Under the pieces are notes generated by a model that did no database searches, was not told where the DNA came from, and saw only the letters and a list, made by a program, of their open reading frames with translations. The position numbers and the translations under genes were made by a program. From an uncultured Candidatus Peribacteria bacterium (GTDB lineage: Bacteria > Patescibacteriota > Gracilibacteria > UBA4473), in assembly GCA_964459435.1 (NCBI GenBank), contig CAYWLU010000002.1:1-46685 (forward strand): a DNA stretch of 46,685 nucleotides, in the 5' to 3' direction. Positions 35,827 to 44,041 of the stretch are shown piece by piece (the first letter of the stretch is position 1; each line of letters opens with the position of its first letter).

Positions 35827-37275
35827 TTACTCTACGTCTACAGCTTTAAACAACAAAGAAGAAAACGTTTTTTTCTTCTGTCGAACATCATTCAAAAAGT
35901 AATCTAATCCTTCTGGAACTTCAATTTTAATTTTCCAAACAAAACTATTATTAGGTTCTACAAAAGTAAATACTCCGACCCTTTTCCCTTCCATTCTCAT
36001 AACAAACAATCTTCCCAAATGACTTTTAGACATTGAAGTTTGTCGCGAATTATTATTAGCATTAGCTATATCTTCCAACTGGATTTGCATATTAGAATCT
36101 TGCAAAATATTACCTTTAGGAAATTCTTTTTTTGTTTCTATGGCAAATTTCCCTGCTGTTGTTTCCATACACCTGCGTTTAAGACGAGGCGTTTGATCTG
36201 AACAAACAGTACTAGTAGCAGTTATTTCGACAAGCCCTTCTTCGCTTTCAAAACGAGCAGTCCCCTCACTCCAATCTAAATTATCAGAAATAAGAACAAA
36301 GTCCTTTGGTAATTCCACAGAAAAAGGAATTTTTTCTGCCTCAAATGTTAAGATTTGATCACTACCAAAAGTTATAGGATTTTTTGTTCTAGGAGCAACT
36401 CCGACCGTACTTTTTTTGTTAGTTGTAGTATTAGTAATCTTTTGCGGTATTTTCTCGTTTGTAGAATTAATTTCTAATAAAGAAGAAAACACCTGATAAA
36501 GAACCTTATTATCATCTAAAATTGTTTTTCCTGTCCCTGCCGAAGTAATACGCATCAACCAAACAAAATTATTGATCGGATCAAAAAAAGTCAATTGACC
36601 AGCTTTGTAGTTTAAAGAATTAAGTCCCACGAACCAACCTCTGTTTTTAGAAGTTAATTGCACAGTATTAGGATCTAGAGAAACTCCTTCATTCTTATTT
36701 AATTCCAAAAAAGGTAATTCTTTCTTAAATTCTTTCAAATAACTATCTGATTTTGCTTGCAAACAACTTCTAATAAATGTATCTCCACCTTCACAGCGAT
36801 CTTCTGTGGCCTGAATTTTTACAATCGCATTCCCTTGACGCAATTTCAAACTTCCTGTTGAACGATCTAAATTGTCTTCTAATAAAACAAAAGTATTTGG
36901 TAATAAAATATTAAAAGGAATTTTTGAGGCAGAAAACAACTTTAGATCTTCTTGTTTCTCAACAACTTGTATTGAATTTTTAATATTACTAGTAGTAGAA
37001 TAAATTCTTCTGGTAGAAGGCCTAGCTGTATATCTTGAAGTACTTTTTCTAATAGAAGTTTTTCTAGTAGTTGTTCTCCTAGAATCCCTTCTCCGATATG
37101 AACGCCTACTCATATTCTGCTTAATAGTAGCAGCAGCTTTTTCTATATTTTGGATATAAGAACTAATCCTACCTCCAGAAGCTCTAAAACGACTGGTTTT
37201 ACTAGATGCTTCTACTTCCAAAGAAGCCCCAACAGTGGCTAAAATCATAAAAACGACAATAAGAATTTTTTTCAT
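35827..37275 (-). CDS. Secreted protein with Arg/Ser/Thr-rich N-terminus and two tandem homologous domains
   Basis: Signal peptide ending VEA; repeated KIPF..LP..FVL..DNLD...C...C...FVW...FSSL. Confidence 0.75.
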   Translation of the reverse strand: MKKILIVVFMILATVGASLEVEASSKTSRFRASGGRISSYIQNIEKAAATIKQNMSRRSYRRRDSRRTTTRKTSIRKSTSRYTARPSTRRIYSTTSNIKNSIQVVEKQEDLKLFSASKIPFNILLPNTFVLLEDNLDRSTGSLKLRQGNAIVKIQATEDRCEGGDTFIRSCLQAKSDSYLKEFKKELPFLELNKNEGVSLDPNTVQLTSKNRGWFVGLNSLNYKAGQLTFFDPINNFVWLMRITSAGTGKTILDDNKVLYQVFSSLLEINSTNEKIPQKITNTTTNKKSTVGVAPRTKNPITFGSDQILTFEAEKIPFSVELPKDFVLISDNLDWSEGTARFESEEGLVEITATSTVCSDQTPRLKRRCMETTAGKFAIETKKEFPKGNILQDSNMQIQLEDIANANNNSRQTSMSKSHLGRLFVMRMEGKRVGVFTFVEPNNSFVWKIKIEVPEGLDYFLNDVRQKKKTFSSLLFKAVDVE

Positions 37276-37391
37276 GTTTGTTTTCAAAAAAGTACCCGTA
37301 GAGTATGGATTCAAAAGAGAAAAGTCAAACTTAGCTGTTAACTATTAACTATTACAGAATCTAACTTTTTAGCTTTTTAGCTTTTAGGCTT

Positions 37392-37853
37392 TTAGACCGT
37401 CTTTATAACAAACTGTCGATAAAGTTGTTCTAATTTATCTCCTGCCATAGAAATAAGTTCGGCCAAGAGCTTTTGTAAATATCTAATTTGAGCAACAACT
37501 TCTTCTAATTTGTTAGCCGAAAAATTCCTTTTTTGTTGAAGTTTTTTAGCCTGACTAATCAAGTTATCTGTTTCTTTTTCTAAAGAAGAACGGACTTTCT
37601 TCTGTTGCACTTCAAAAGAAGGTAGAGAAACTTGTTTTCGTTCTTTAGAGAAAAGAAGATCTTTTACTTTATTAGAAATAACAGAAAAACCCGTTTTAGT
37701 AGTAACAACAGAACCTGTAGATACATCTTCTCCCGCATTCTCCCCCACTAGTTCTGAAACCTTTTTCGTACTAGACAAAACTTCACTCAAGGCTTCTCCG
37801 CCACCTTGAGCTACGATTTCCGTACTAAGTCTCTTTTCAAATTTGTTATCCAT
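37392..37853 (-). CDS. Hypothetical helical protein
   Basis: 153-aa ORF, no recognised motif. Confidence 0.6.
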   Translation of the reverse strand: MDNKFEKRLSTEIVAQGGGEALSEVLSSTKKVSELVGENAGEDVSTGSVVTTKTGFSVISNKVKDLLFSKERKQVSLPSFEVQQKKVRSSLEKETDNLISQAKKLQQKRNFSANKLEEVVAQIRYLQKLLAELISMAGDKLEQLYRQFVIKTV

Positions 37854-37931
37854 TTAGCTAAATGTAGAAATTTTTTAATTTTTGTCAAAACTTTAGCAGA
37901 GTTTAACACATTTTTTTAAAAAAAGCAATAC

Positions 37932-38666
37932 CTAAACAATAACTTTGTGTTCTTTAACATCATGAATTCGTAAGAATCTAGCGCCAGATTCAATTGCCAT
38001 CTTAGCTGCCTCCAAATTAGGCTGCACATCAAAACGATTTTCTCCCAAAAAACGCTTACAAGAATGACCAATCATTATCTTTTCTCCTGGAACAAATTCG
38101 GCAAAACGAAGTAATTCCCTATTGAGTTCCATTGTTTTCCCAAAACCAATCCCAGGATCTAAAACAATCTTATCTAGATCTACTCCAGACTTAATTAATT
38201 CTTCTTTACGAGCTAATAACTCATCCTTTACTTGATTTATTGAACAAATTTCTTGTTCATGCACTTCTCCTATAGTTTTCCCTGGAAAGTGGTTAACAAT
38301 AACCATAGAAAACAAAGGAGCCAATTCGCTCATCCGCGGATCCCCAAAGCCAGAAACATCATTTAATATTCTACCTCCAAAATCCAAAAACTTCTGAGCT
38401 ACTTCTGGATGTTTAGTATCTAAAGATATCTTATCTGACATTATCTCTTTTAATACTAACTCTATTCTCCCCCACTCCTCCTCTCCTTCTATTTCTCTAG
38501 CTCCTGGACGAGTACTTTGTCCTCCCACATCTACAAAATCTGCTCCATCTGCAAATAATTTATTAGCTTGTGCTATCGCCTTCTTTGGATCTATAAATTC
38601 TCCGCCATCAAAAAAAGAGTCTGGAGTTATATTCAAAATACCAAAAAGTTTTATTATTTTATTCAC
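37932..38666 (-). CDS. folP: Dihydropteroate synthase
   Basis: GILNITPDSF.DGG, DVGGQSTRPGA, LDPGIGFGK, RIHDV. Confidence 0.94.
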   Translation of the reverse strand: MNKIIKLFGILNITPDSFFDGGEFIDPKKAIAQANKLFADGADFVDVGGQSTRPGAREIEGEEEWGRIELVLKEIMSDKISLDTKHPEVAQKFLDFGGRILNDVSGFGDPRMSELAPLFSMVIVNHFPGKTIGEVHEQEICSINQVKDELLARKEELIKSGVDLDKIVLDPGIGFGKTMELNRELLRFAEFVPGEKIMIGHSCKRFLGENRFDVQPNLEAAKMAIESGARFLRIHDVKEHKVIV

Positions 38667-38723
38667 AGTTGAATTATAAACTTTTTAAAGCTAAAAGCAT
38701 TTTCATATACCAAATATTGAATT

Positions 38724-39461
38724 TTATTCTGACACTTTAAATAAACGTGCCCATTCTTTGTCAGCATTTAGATTACTTATCCCTTTACTAAGAAGATCAT
38801 TTTTAACCGCATCCTTCATACTATAAGTATCATGAACTTTTAGGAAATCCTCTGCTTTTCCGAAATAACGAACTGCTGCCAGAAAATTCAGATCACTAAG
38901 ACTGCGTTTATTAAAATACTTAATATTACTTACGTCTACACCTTCCTTAGAAAGTTGCAAAATTGCCTCTCCCCAACCGCCAAGTCTATCATTATCGCCT
39001 GGTAACATTCCCACAAATCTTTCATCAACATTTATCCCCACTTCCACAAAACGAATTAAATCCTTTTTTAATTGCCACTTTTTAAGAAATCCAAATTTTT
39101 TCCCTTTCAGTAAACCTTTTATTTTCTCCTTTATTTGTTTTTTTTCTCCTCGATTAGCTGACTCCAAAAATTCCTGATGTGCTTTTCCTGTATCTATGGT
39201 TGTGTTATCTGCATCCGCTTCTAACCACTCTCCTTCTAATATTTTATTGGGATCGGCAGAACTTGACTTGTCAGATTGTTCATTTTTTCGTATTTCCCCC
39301 ATAACCTCCGCCCTTTTTTCACAATTTCCACCATTATTTTCTGGCTTTTCATTCTGCTCAGAAGGAATATTTTCTACTTGCTGATAACGAGATGGTTGTT
39401 CTGCTGCCATATTTAGAATATTAAATCTTTTCATTATATCATATTTATACATATTAGACAA
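38724..39461 (-). CDS. Hypothetical protein (start uncertain, possibly 39410)
   Basis: Long ORF, charged N-terminus, no recognised motif. Confidence 0.55.
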   Translation of the reverse strand: MSNMYKYDIMKRFNILNMAAEQPSRYQQVENIPSEQNEKPENNGGNCEKRAEVMGEIRKNEQSDKSSSADPNKILEGEWLEADADNTTIDTGKAHQEFLESANRGEKKQIKEKIKGLLKGKKFGFLKKWQLKKDLIRFVEVGINVDERFVGMLPGDNDRLGGWGEAILQLSKEGVDVSNIKYFNKRSLSDLNFLAAVRYFGKAEDFLKVHDTYSMKDAVKNDLLSKGISNLNADKEWARLFKVSE

Positions 39462-39497
39462 ATTGATTTTCTGTTAATTTTCCATAAAGTAAGAGAG

Positions 39498-40163
39498 ATG
39501 AAAGCCCCTATCATTGTTCTCGAAGGCCTAGATGCTTGTGGAAAGACAACTCAAACAGAACTTTTATTAGAGAATCTAAAAGAGAAGGGTTTAAAAGTTG
39601 GCTGGAAAAGATTCCCTAGTTATGACACCAATCCTGCTGGATCTAGGATTGCTGCTTATCTTCGAGGAGAACTTGGCAGTATGACAGATATAGATCCCCG
39701 GATGATCGCTAATCTATATGCAGCTGACCGCATTTTTGCCATAGAAGAAATAGAAAAATCACGAGAAGAAAATGATGTCGTTATTTTTGACCGTGGAGTC
39801 AGTTCTAATCTCATCTACACTCCATCTAGAGGAACAAACGACAAAGAGGTTAAAGAACTGGAAGATTTTGTAGAAAAATTAGAATATGAAGTCTTTGGTT
39901 TCCCTAGAGAAAGTTTAGTTATCTTTTTAGATGCAACAGATGAAGCCAGACAAAAAATCCATGCTGCTAAAAATAGACTAGCTGACCTTCATGAATCTGA
40001 CGAAGAGTATCTCAAAAAAGTAAGAAAAGTTGCTTTGACTAGATGTGATAATGATTTCCGTTGGGTCAAGATTCCCGTAGACAAAAATGGAGACCTGCGA
40101 AGAAGGGAAGAGCTGGGTCAAGAAATATTGACTTTGGTATTAGAAAAATTACAAAAGAAATAG
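39498..40163 (+). CDS. tmk: Thymidylate kinase
   Basis: LEGLDACGKTTQ, LYAADR, IFDR, VIFLD. Confidence 0.92.
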   Translation: MKAPIIVLEGLDACGKTTQTELLLENLKEKGLKVGWKRFPSYDTNPAGSRIAAYLRGELGSMTDIDPRMIANLYAADRIFAIEEIEKSREENDVVIFDRGVSSNLIYTPSRGTNDKEVKELEDFVEKLEYEVFGFPRESLVIFLDATDEARQKIHAAKNRLADLHESDEEYLKKVRKVALTRCDNDFRWVKIPVDKNGDLRRREELGQEILTLVLEKLQKK

Positions 40164-40164
40164 A

Positions 40165-40180
40165 TTATATTATAATATAA
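40165..40180. repeat. TTATATTATAATATAA palindrome (exact)
   Basis: Fills most of the 21-bp tmk-folD gap. Confidence 0.85.
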
Positions 40181-40184
40181 CGAC

Positions 40185-41039
40185 ATGACTGCCGAAATAA
40201 TCTCTGGAAAAGAAATTGCCCAACAAATAATAAAAGAAGAACTTAAACCCCAAGTAGAACTTTTGAACAAAAAAAGTATTCAACCCAAACTGGTTGTAGT
40301 CTTTGTTGGAGAGAACCCTGCCTCACAAAGTTATATTCGTCAAAAAGAGAAGTTCGCAGAACAATCTGGAGTAATTTCTGAAGTTCGTCGCTTTCCAGAT
40401 ACTATACTAGAAGCAGAACTCTTGGCAGAAATAGACAACATAAATAACGACGATTCTATTCATGGAGTTATTGTCCAACTCCCATTGCCAGAGGGAATAG
40501 ATGTCGATCGAGTTATTAACGCCATTTCTACTAATAAAGACGTAGATGGATTTACAGATGTAAATAATAAAAACTTAGATACTAGGGAAGCACTCCTTGC
40601 CCCTTGTACACCGAAAGGCATCATTACCATGCTAGACAAAACTAAGGTAGACATAAAAGGTAAAGAAGCCGTCGTTATGGGAAGATCTAGAATTGTAGGA
40701 CGACCAGTATCAGAAATGCTTCGTTTCCGAGGAGCTAACGTTACTGTTCTCCATTCCAAATCTACAGATGAAGAAAGGTCGTCTGCTCTCAAGAAGGCAG
40801 ATATTCTAGTAGTTGCCGTTGGTAAACAAGAACTCGTTCACGGAGAAAGTCTTCGTTCAGGAGTTGTAATAGTAGATGTGGGAATCCACCGGAAAGAAGA
40901 TGGTAAACTATGTGGTGATGTTCATTTTGATAGTTGCTCTACTGTTGCCTCTAAAATCACCCCAGTTCCAGGTGGAGTAGGACCAATGACGGTTGTTACT
41001 CTTATAGCAAACACCATCAAAGCTGCCAAATTATCTTAG
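40185..41039 (+). CDS. folD: Methylenetetrahydrofolate dehydrogenase/cyclohydrolase
   Basis: GVIVQLPLP, KDVDGF, PCTPKG, GRSRIVGRP, TPVPGGVGPMT. Confidence 0.96.
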   Translation: MTAEIISGKEIAQQIIKEELKPQVELLNKKSIQPKLVVVFVGENPASQSYIRQKEKFAEQSGVISEVRRFPDTILEAELLAEIDNINNDDSIHGVIVQLPLPEGIDVDRVINAISTNKDVDGFTDVNNKNLDTREALLAPCTPKGIITMLDKTKVDIKGKEAVVMGRSRIVGRPVSEMLRFRGANVTVLHSKSTDEERSSALKKADILVVAVGKQELVHGESLRSGVVIVDVGIHRKEDGKLCGDVHFDSCSTVASKITPVPGGVGPMTVVTLIANTIKAAKLS

Positions 41040-41872
41040 ATTTTTCTTCCCACGTGCTCTGCCCTCTCTAAAGCTGCAACATCTAGTTGTTCACCGCAAT
41101 TTTTACAAAATTTAGCATCATGATCATGATGCGGATAATGACAAAATGAACAATGGTGAAGCCTTTTTCCAAAGAAGTGATCTATGAATATTTTGGTTAC
41201 AATCGCCGTCATGATGGCAAAAGTCAGCAACCCCAAAAACATAATAATAACAGCCAAAACTTTACCCATAACCGTCATTGGAACCATATCACCATAACCA
41301 ACTGTAGTCATGGTAACAACTGCCAACCAAAGAGAATTGGGAATTGTACCAAATTCAGGATTCACGACATGTTCAAAATAATAAAGACCAAAAGAACTAA
41401 GGATCAAAACTAGAAAAAATGTTAAAGCAAAAATCCGTATTTCATCTTTGTAGTATCTAAATGATTTAAAGAACGAGGTCATTACCTCAGAGTAACGAAT
41501 CACCTTAAGAACTTGCAGAATTCTAAAAATCCTAAACCCTCTCAAAAAAGATAAATTCAAAAAATGAAAGAAGAAAGGAAGTACAACTAGTAAATCAATT
41601 ATTCCTAAGGGAGAAAAAATGAATTTCTTCTTATCTCGTGCCATTATAACTCGCAAAACATATTCCACTGCAAAGAAAGCCAATACTCCAACCTCAATTC
41701 CCCGAAAAAGCCAGTGCCATTTAAAATCTAAAGAAGTTGTTTCCAACATAAAAGAAACAGTAGAAATAGTGATTAAAACAATCAATAAATAGCCAAAGAA
41801 CTTACCTCCTTTAGATTTATGATGCTCCAACCAGTCAGTCAGAGTTAATTCTATTTTCTCCCAAATTTTCAT
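41036..41872 (-). CDS. Voltage-gated-type potassium channel / ion transporter with C-terminal Zn ribbon
   Basis: S4-like LRGFRIFRILQVLK, TMTTVGYGD filter, CSFC..CKNCG. Confidence 0.92.
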   Translation of the reverse strand: MKIWEKIELTLTDWLEHHKSKGGKFFGYLLIVLITISTVSFMLETTSLDFKWHWLFRGIEVGVLAFFAVEYVLRVIMARDKKKFIFSPLGIIDLLVVLPFFFHFLNLSFLRGFRIFRILQVLKVIRYSEVMTSFFKSFRYYKDEIRIFALTFFLVLILSSFGLYYFEHVVNPEFGTIPNSLWLAVVTMTTVGYGDMVPMTVMGKVLAVIIMFLGLLTFAIMTAIVTKIFIDHFFGKRLHHCSFCHYPHHDHDAKFCKNCGEQLDVAALERAEHVGRKI

Positions 41873-42020
41873 AACTTAATTTTGGCGGGAAACTAAAAGA
41901 GAAGCAAGCAGAATTTTAACTCTTAGACATTAGCTCTTAGTTGTTAATGATTTACAAGGTTTCTGTGAAATATACTATTGTTTATTTTTATGTATCATGT
42001 GTTCACTCTTAAATTAAAAT

Positions 42021-42422
42021 ATGTTTGAAGATTCATGGATTTATTCTCCAGAAGTAGAGGATCACTTCTTTCATCCTCGCAATCTATGCGAAGAAGACGA
42101 ACCAGAAGAATTTGATGGTGTTGGAGAAGTTGGTTCTATGGCTTGTGGAGACATTATGAAAATGTGGATCAAAGTAAAAGACGATAGAATTATAGACTGT
42201 AAATGGAAAACTTTCGGTTGTGCTAGTGCCTTAGCCTCTACTTCCATGCTTTCAGAAATTGTCACCGAAAAAGGCGGTATGAAACTAGAAGACGCCATAA
42301 AAATTAAACCAAATGACATCGTAGAACGACTAGGTGGTCTTCCCCAAAGAAAAATTCATTGTAGTGTTCTAGGAGATCAAGCTATCCAAGCTGCCATTAA
42401 GGATTATGAAAAAAAAGTCTAA
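42021..42422 (+). CDS. iscU: Fe-S cluster scaffold IscU/NifU
   Basis: HFFHPRN, ACGD, FGCASA, KIHCSVL. Confidence 0.93.
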   Translation: MFEDSWIYSPEVEDHFFHPRNLCEEDEPEEFDGVGEVGSMACGDIMKMWIKVKDDRIIDCKWKTFGCASALASTSMLSEIVTEKGGMKLEDAIKIKPNDIVERLGGLPQRKIHCSVLGDQAIQAAIKDYEKKV

Positions 42423-42505
42423 AAGCTTAAAAGCTAAATAGCTGAAAAAATAAATAGTCAAAAATAGCTAATAGCTAATGACTATAGACTAATAACTAAT
42501 AACTA

Positions 42506-43690
42506 ATGACTAACATTTTTCTTGATAACGCCGCTACCACAAAAACAGACCCTAGGGTTGTTGAAAAAATGCTGCCTTTTTTTACCGAAAACTTTGGCAA
42601 TCCCTCTGGAATGCATATATTTTCCAGACAAGCCAAATACGCATTAAATGAAGCCCGTCAGACAGTAGCAGATATTCTTAACTGTAATCCAACTGAAATA
42701 ATATTTACTGGTAGTGGCACAGAAAGCGATAACCTCGCTATTTTTGGTACAGTAGAGGCAAATTCAACCCAAGATAAAAGTCATCTTATTACTTCTAGCA
42801 TAGAGCACCATGCAGTTCTCTATCCCTTTGAAAAACTAAAAAAACAAGGACAAGAGGTAGATATTATTTCTCCTAATAAAGAAGGAGAAATTACTCCAGA
42901 GATATTTAAGAATTCTATTAAACCAAATACCTTATTCGCCAGTATAGCCCTGGCTAACAACGAAATTGGTACCGTTAATGATCTCCCCCACCTCGCTAAA
43001 ATCGCCCAAGATAATGATATTATTTTCCATACAGATGCCTGTCAGGGGGGTGGTACTTATGATCTGGATGTACAAAAACTAGGTGTAGATCTCCTAACTC
43101 TTAATGGTTCTAAAATTTCTGGACCAAAAGGAGTAGGACTACTCTTTAAAAGAAAAGGATTAAAGATTGCTCCTCAGGTCATTGGAGGGGCTCAAGAATG
43201 GGGTCTAAGAGCTGGAACAGAGAATGTAGCTGGAATTATAGGTTTTACCGAAGCTCTCCGTCTCTCGCAAGAAAACAGGGAAGAAAAGAATAAGAAGTTA
43301 GAACAATTGCGAGATAAATTAATTAAGGGGCTTTTAGAAATTCCCCTAACCCGACTCAACGGCCATCCCACAAAAAGACTTCCTAATAATATCCATGTTT
43401 CCTTCCTCAACACCGAAGGAGAATCTCTCCTTCTAATGTTAGACAAATTAGGCTTTGCGGTTGCCACCGGAAGCGCTTGTAGCACCGAATCTCTCCAACC
43501 TTCTCATGTCCTTACTGGTGTTGGCATGCCTCACGAAGTAGCTCATGGAAGCTTAAGGATAACTTTAGGAAAAGGAACTACTGAAGAAAATGTAAATAGT
43601 TTCCTCAAAGCTATCCCTGAAATAGTAGGAAAAGTACGAAAAATGTCTCCAGTGAGTTTTACGGACAAAGAGTTTAAGGGGTGGTTTTAA
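42506..43690 (+). CDS. iscS: Cysteine desulfurase IscS/NifS
   Basis: LDNAATT, GNPS, HTDACQ, GSKISGPKG, TGSACS. Confidence 0.94.
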   Translation: MTNIFLDNAATTKTDPRVVEKMLPFFTENFGNPSGMHIFSRQAKYALNEARQTVADILNCNPTEIIFTGSGTESDNLAIFGTVEANSTQDKSHLITSSIEHHAVLYPFEKLKKQGQEVDIISPNKEGEITPEIFKNSIKPNTLFASIALANNEIGTVNDLPHLAKIAQDNDIIFHTDACQGGGTYDLDVQKLGVDLLTLNGSKISGPKGVGLLFKRKGLKIAPQVIGGAQEWGLRAGTENVAGIIGFTEALRLSQENREEKNKKLEQLRDKLIKGLLEIPLTRLNGHPTKRLPNNIHVSFLNTEGESLLLMLDKLGFAVATGSACSTESLQPSHVLTGVGMPHEVAHGSLRITLGKGTTEENVNSFLKAIPEIVGKVRKMSPVSFTDKEFKGWF

Positions 43691-43735
43691 AATAGAACTT
43701 AGAAAATAAGTAACTTTTTACACCTCTAGCACTTG

Positions 43736-43870
43736 GTCATTCCCGCTTGTCTGGAATCATAAGCAAATTTATCATGCTTATGAGCGTTAGCACTGTACTT
43801 ATGTTGAGAAAAGCACTGGCGTTTTTATACGGGATATTTACCAACAGGATTCCCGACAAGCGGGAATGAC
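43736..43870. mobile_element. 135-bp MITE-like element, inverted homolog of 24409-24543
   Basis: Same length, colinear interior, TIR GTCATTCCCGCTTGTC.. Confidence 0.8.
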
Positions 43871-43984
43871 TGCGTGTGTGTATATGTTCTAGGTGTAAAA
43901 AATTACTTATTTTCTCCTTAATTGAAGATTGTAGTTTGAAGTTTGAAAATTTGTTTTTCATTCATCATTCTACATTCTTCATTT

Positions 43985-44041
43985 ACCCCGTGAAATTCCG
44001 CAAAGCGGAAGATTCGCCTTGGCGAATCTATTTCACTGGGG
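43985..44041. repeat. Family C palindrome (CCCCGTGAAAT...ATTTCACTGGGG)
   Basis: Nested hairpins immediately after pnp stop. Confidence 0.7.
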
